A DNA stretch of 15,699 nt. Origin: Candidatus Rokuibacteriota bacterium. Its GTDB lineage: Bacteria; Methylomirabilota; Methylomirabilia; Rokubacteriales; DASRDR01. The DNA lies in the NCBI GenBank assembly GCA_044866005.1, contig JBIOTN010000101.1, positions 1 through 15,699 on the forward strand, given 5' to 3'. The position numbers and the translations under genes were made by a program. The notes below the pieces were generated by a model. The model did no database searches. It saw nothing but the letters and a program-made list of their open reading frames with translations, and was not told the DNA's origin. Shown here piece after piece: positions 13,527-15,699 of the stretch; positions within the stretch are counted from its first letter, which is position 1; each line of letters begins with the position of its first letter.

Positions 13527-15553
13527 CGCGCGCCCCGATGCGTGGCCTCGCCGGGTGGTGGGCGGCGACCCCGCTGGCGGTGCGCTGGGGCGCCCTGCCG
13601 CTCGCGCGTCGCCGCCAGGCGTGGGCGGCCGCCTTGCTCGCCGTCGCGCTGGCGTTCCCGTTCGTGGACCGGAGCGCCGCGGACGTGGACGCGGCGGCCA
13701 ACGCCTTCACGTACGTCCTGCTGGCGCTGGGGCTGAACATCGTCGTCGGCTTCGCGGGCCTCCTCGACCTCGGCTACGCCGCGTTCTTCGCCATCGGCGC
13801 CTATGCCTACGGCATCGCGGCCTCCTTCCAGCTCAAGCCCGCGTGGTCCGACCCCTGGCTGCCCCTCCTGTGGCTCGGCCAGGTGAGCCGGATCCAGGTC
13901 CCGGATCAGCCGGACATCGTGCAGCTCCACTTCTCCTTCTGGCCGATGCTCGTCGTCGGGGCGCTGATCTGCGCGCTCTTCGGCGTCCTCTTCGGTGCCC
14001 CCACGCTGCGGCTGCGCGGGGATTACCTCGCGATCGTGACGCTCGGGTTCGGGGAGATCGTGCCGGTCGTGGCGCGGAACTGGGAGTGGCTGACCAACGG
14101 GGCGCAGGGCCTGCCGGGGGTCCGGACCCCGCGCCTCTTCGGATTCGATTTCGGGTTCACGCCCCTGCCGTACTATTTCCTGGGGCTCGCGCTCGTCACC
14201 CTCGCGATCTTCGGCTCGTACCGGCTGCAGGAGTCCCGTGTCGGCCGGGCATGGATGGCCATCCGCGAGGACGAGCTGGCGGCCGGCGCGATGGGCGTGA
14301 ACCACGTCCACTACAAGCTCCTGGCCTTCGCCATGGGCGCCGCGGTCGGCGGCCTGGGCGGCGTCTTCTACGTGGCCAAGCTCACGACCGCGACGCCGGA
14401 CATGTTCCAGTTTCCGGTCTCGGTCATGGTGCTGGTGATGGTGGTGCTCGGCGGGATGGGATCGGTCCGCGGCGTCGTCCTGGCCGCGCTGATCCTCTCG
14501 TTCCTCCAGTCGGTCGTCTTGCAGGAGCTCACCTTCTACGTGCAGGCGCTCGGCCGCGTCGTGGGGAGCGCGTTCCTCCAGCGGGTGCAGCTCATCACGT
14601 CGCTCGAGCTGATCTTCGGGTTCATCCTGGTCCTCATGATGCTATTCCGCCGCGAGGGCCTTTTCCCCGCGGTCCGGCGTGTCGCCGCGCTCACGCCGGA
14701 GCAGCAGGCCGCGCTGCCATCCCGGGGCGCGGCCGTGCGGCTGTCGTGGGCCGACGGCGCGGCGCCGGCGACTGCGGCGGGGCCGCTGCTCGAGATCCAC
14801 GGGCTCACCAAGCGGTTCGGCGGCGTCGCGGCGGCGGATCGCATCGAGCTGGCCGTCGCCCGGGGCGAGCTCTTGAGCGTCATCGGTCCGAACGGCTCGG
14901 GCAAGACGACCCTCTTCAACCTGATCACGGGGCTCATCCCGTCCGACGCGGGGAGCGTGCGGCTCGAAGGCGAGACGACCAGCGGCTTGCCGCCGCACGA
15001 GATCGTGACGCGCGGGGTCGCGCGGACGTTCCAGAACATCCGGCTCTTCAGCAGCCTGACGGTCCTCGAGAACGTGCTCGTGGCCGAGCACCCGCGGCTC
15101 CGAGCCGGGGCCGCCGGCGCGATCGTCCGGCCGCCGCGGGTCCGTGCCGAGGAGCGCCAGGCCGTCGAGGACGCGCTGGAGGTGCTGGCGCTCTTCGGCA
15201 ACCGGCTGCTGCCGCGGCTCGATCACCCCGCCTACGGGCTCTCCTACGCGAACCGCCGGCGGCTCGAGATCGCCCGGGCGCTGGCCACGCGGCCGAAGCT
15301 GCTCCTGCTCGACGAGCCGACGGCCGGCATGAACCCGGCCGAGACGCTCGAGCTGATGGACCTCGTTCGCGGACTGCGTCAGCTGGGGATGACCGTCATC
15401 CTGATCGAACACAAGCTCGACGTGGTGATGGACGTATCGGACCGGATCGCGGTGCTCGACCACGGCGTCAAGATCGCGGAAGGCAAGCCGGCGGTGATCC
15501 GGAACGACGAGAAGGTGATCGAGGCGTATCTCGGCCGCCGCCGGGCCGCTTAG
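13523..15553 (+). CDS. Fused HAAT ABC permease (LivM) and ATP-binding (LivG) protein
   Basis: Permease motifs: LGLNIVVGFAGLLDLGYAAFFAIGAY, LRLRGDYLAIVTLGFGEI, GRAWMAIREDELAA. ATPase motifs: GPNGSGKTT, ARTFQNIRLF, LLLLDEPTAG, IEH, YLG. The start is GTG 13523 (GTGA overlap with livH) or ATG 13538. Confidence 0.92.
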   Translation: MTRAPMRGLAGWWAATPLAVRWGALPLARRRQAWAAALLAVALAFPFVDRSAADVDAAANAFTYVLLALGLNIVVGFAGLLDLGYAAFFAIGAYAYGIAASFQLKPAWSDPWLPLLWLGQVSRIQVPDQPDIVQLHFSFWPMLVVGALICALFGVLFGAPTLRLRGDYLAIVTLGFGEIVPVVARNWEWLTNGAQGLPGVRTPRLFGFDFGFTPLPYYFLGLALVTLAIFGSYRLQESRVGRAWMAIREDELAAGAMGVNHVHYKLLAFAMGAAVGGLGGVFYVAKLTTATPDMFQFPVSVMVLVMVVLGGMGSVRGVVLAALILSFLQSVVLQELTFYVQALGRVVGSAFLQRVQLITSLELIFGFILVLMMLFRREGLFPAVRRVAALTPEQQAALPSRGAAVRLSWADGAAPATAAGPLLEIHGLTKRFGGVAAADRIELAVARGELLSVIGPNGSGKTTLFNLITGLIPSDAGSVRLEGETTSGLPPHEIVTRGVARTFQNIRLFSSLTVLENVLVAEHPRLRAGAAGAIVRPPRVRAEERQAVEDALEVLALFGNRLLPRLDHPAYGLSYANRRRLEIARALATRPKLLLLDEPTAGMNPAETLELMDLVRGLRQLGMTVILIEHKLDVVMDVSDRIAVLDHGVKIAEGKPAVIRNDEKVIEAYLGRRRAA

Positions 15554-15699
15554 CGCCGTGCCGATCCCCGTCGCATCTCCGCGTCCTCGATCGCGTCCAC
15601 TCGGCCGCCGGCCGCGGGTCCTGTCGCCGGCTTGCCCCGGTCCGGCCGGGCTCCGTCACCCGTTCGCGCCCTCCCGCAGTTCTGGCGAACTGCGAGAGG

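Noticed and set aside
2972..15463. Many long overlapping or antisense ORFs (e.g. 2972-4597, 3442-4992, 6409-7977, 8358-10283, 8536-10542, 13304-14311)
   Set aside because: They are shadow frames of real genes in high-GC DNA, rich in Arg/Pro/Gly/Ala, with no recognisable motifs.

Overview
GC-rich bacterial window. The gene style suggests Ca. Rokubacteria/Methylomirabilota, which is inference only. The left ~3.4 kb looks accessory. It holds the end of a CDS, an AT-rich double palindrome, an IS3-type transposase C-terminal remnant, and then a sigma70-promoted cluster: a zinc-ribbon/ABC substrate-binding fusion, a peroxiredoxin-like (AhpC/TSA) gene, and a TlpA-like CxxC thioredoxin. A possible IS end and a clan AA aspartyl protease follow. 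The main finding is that the ORF track splits the peroxiredoxin-like gene at an in-frame TGA (1877-1879). That TGA sits exactly at the peroxidatic-Cys position and is followed by a bacterial SECIS-like hairpin, so the gene is most likely a signal-peptide-bearing (exported) selenoprotein of 187 aa (Sec75) with an adjacent candidate reductase. The rest of the window holds a minus-strand CBS protein/small protein/amidase operon, two small genes behind sigma54-like motifs, a hemE-hemH-hemY operon (hemE probably starting at CTG), a secreted protein with an MmpS-like domain, and a liv-type ABC transporter (livK, livH, fused livM-livG). All family assignments are from motif recognition by eye; no searches were run.
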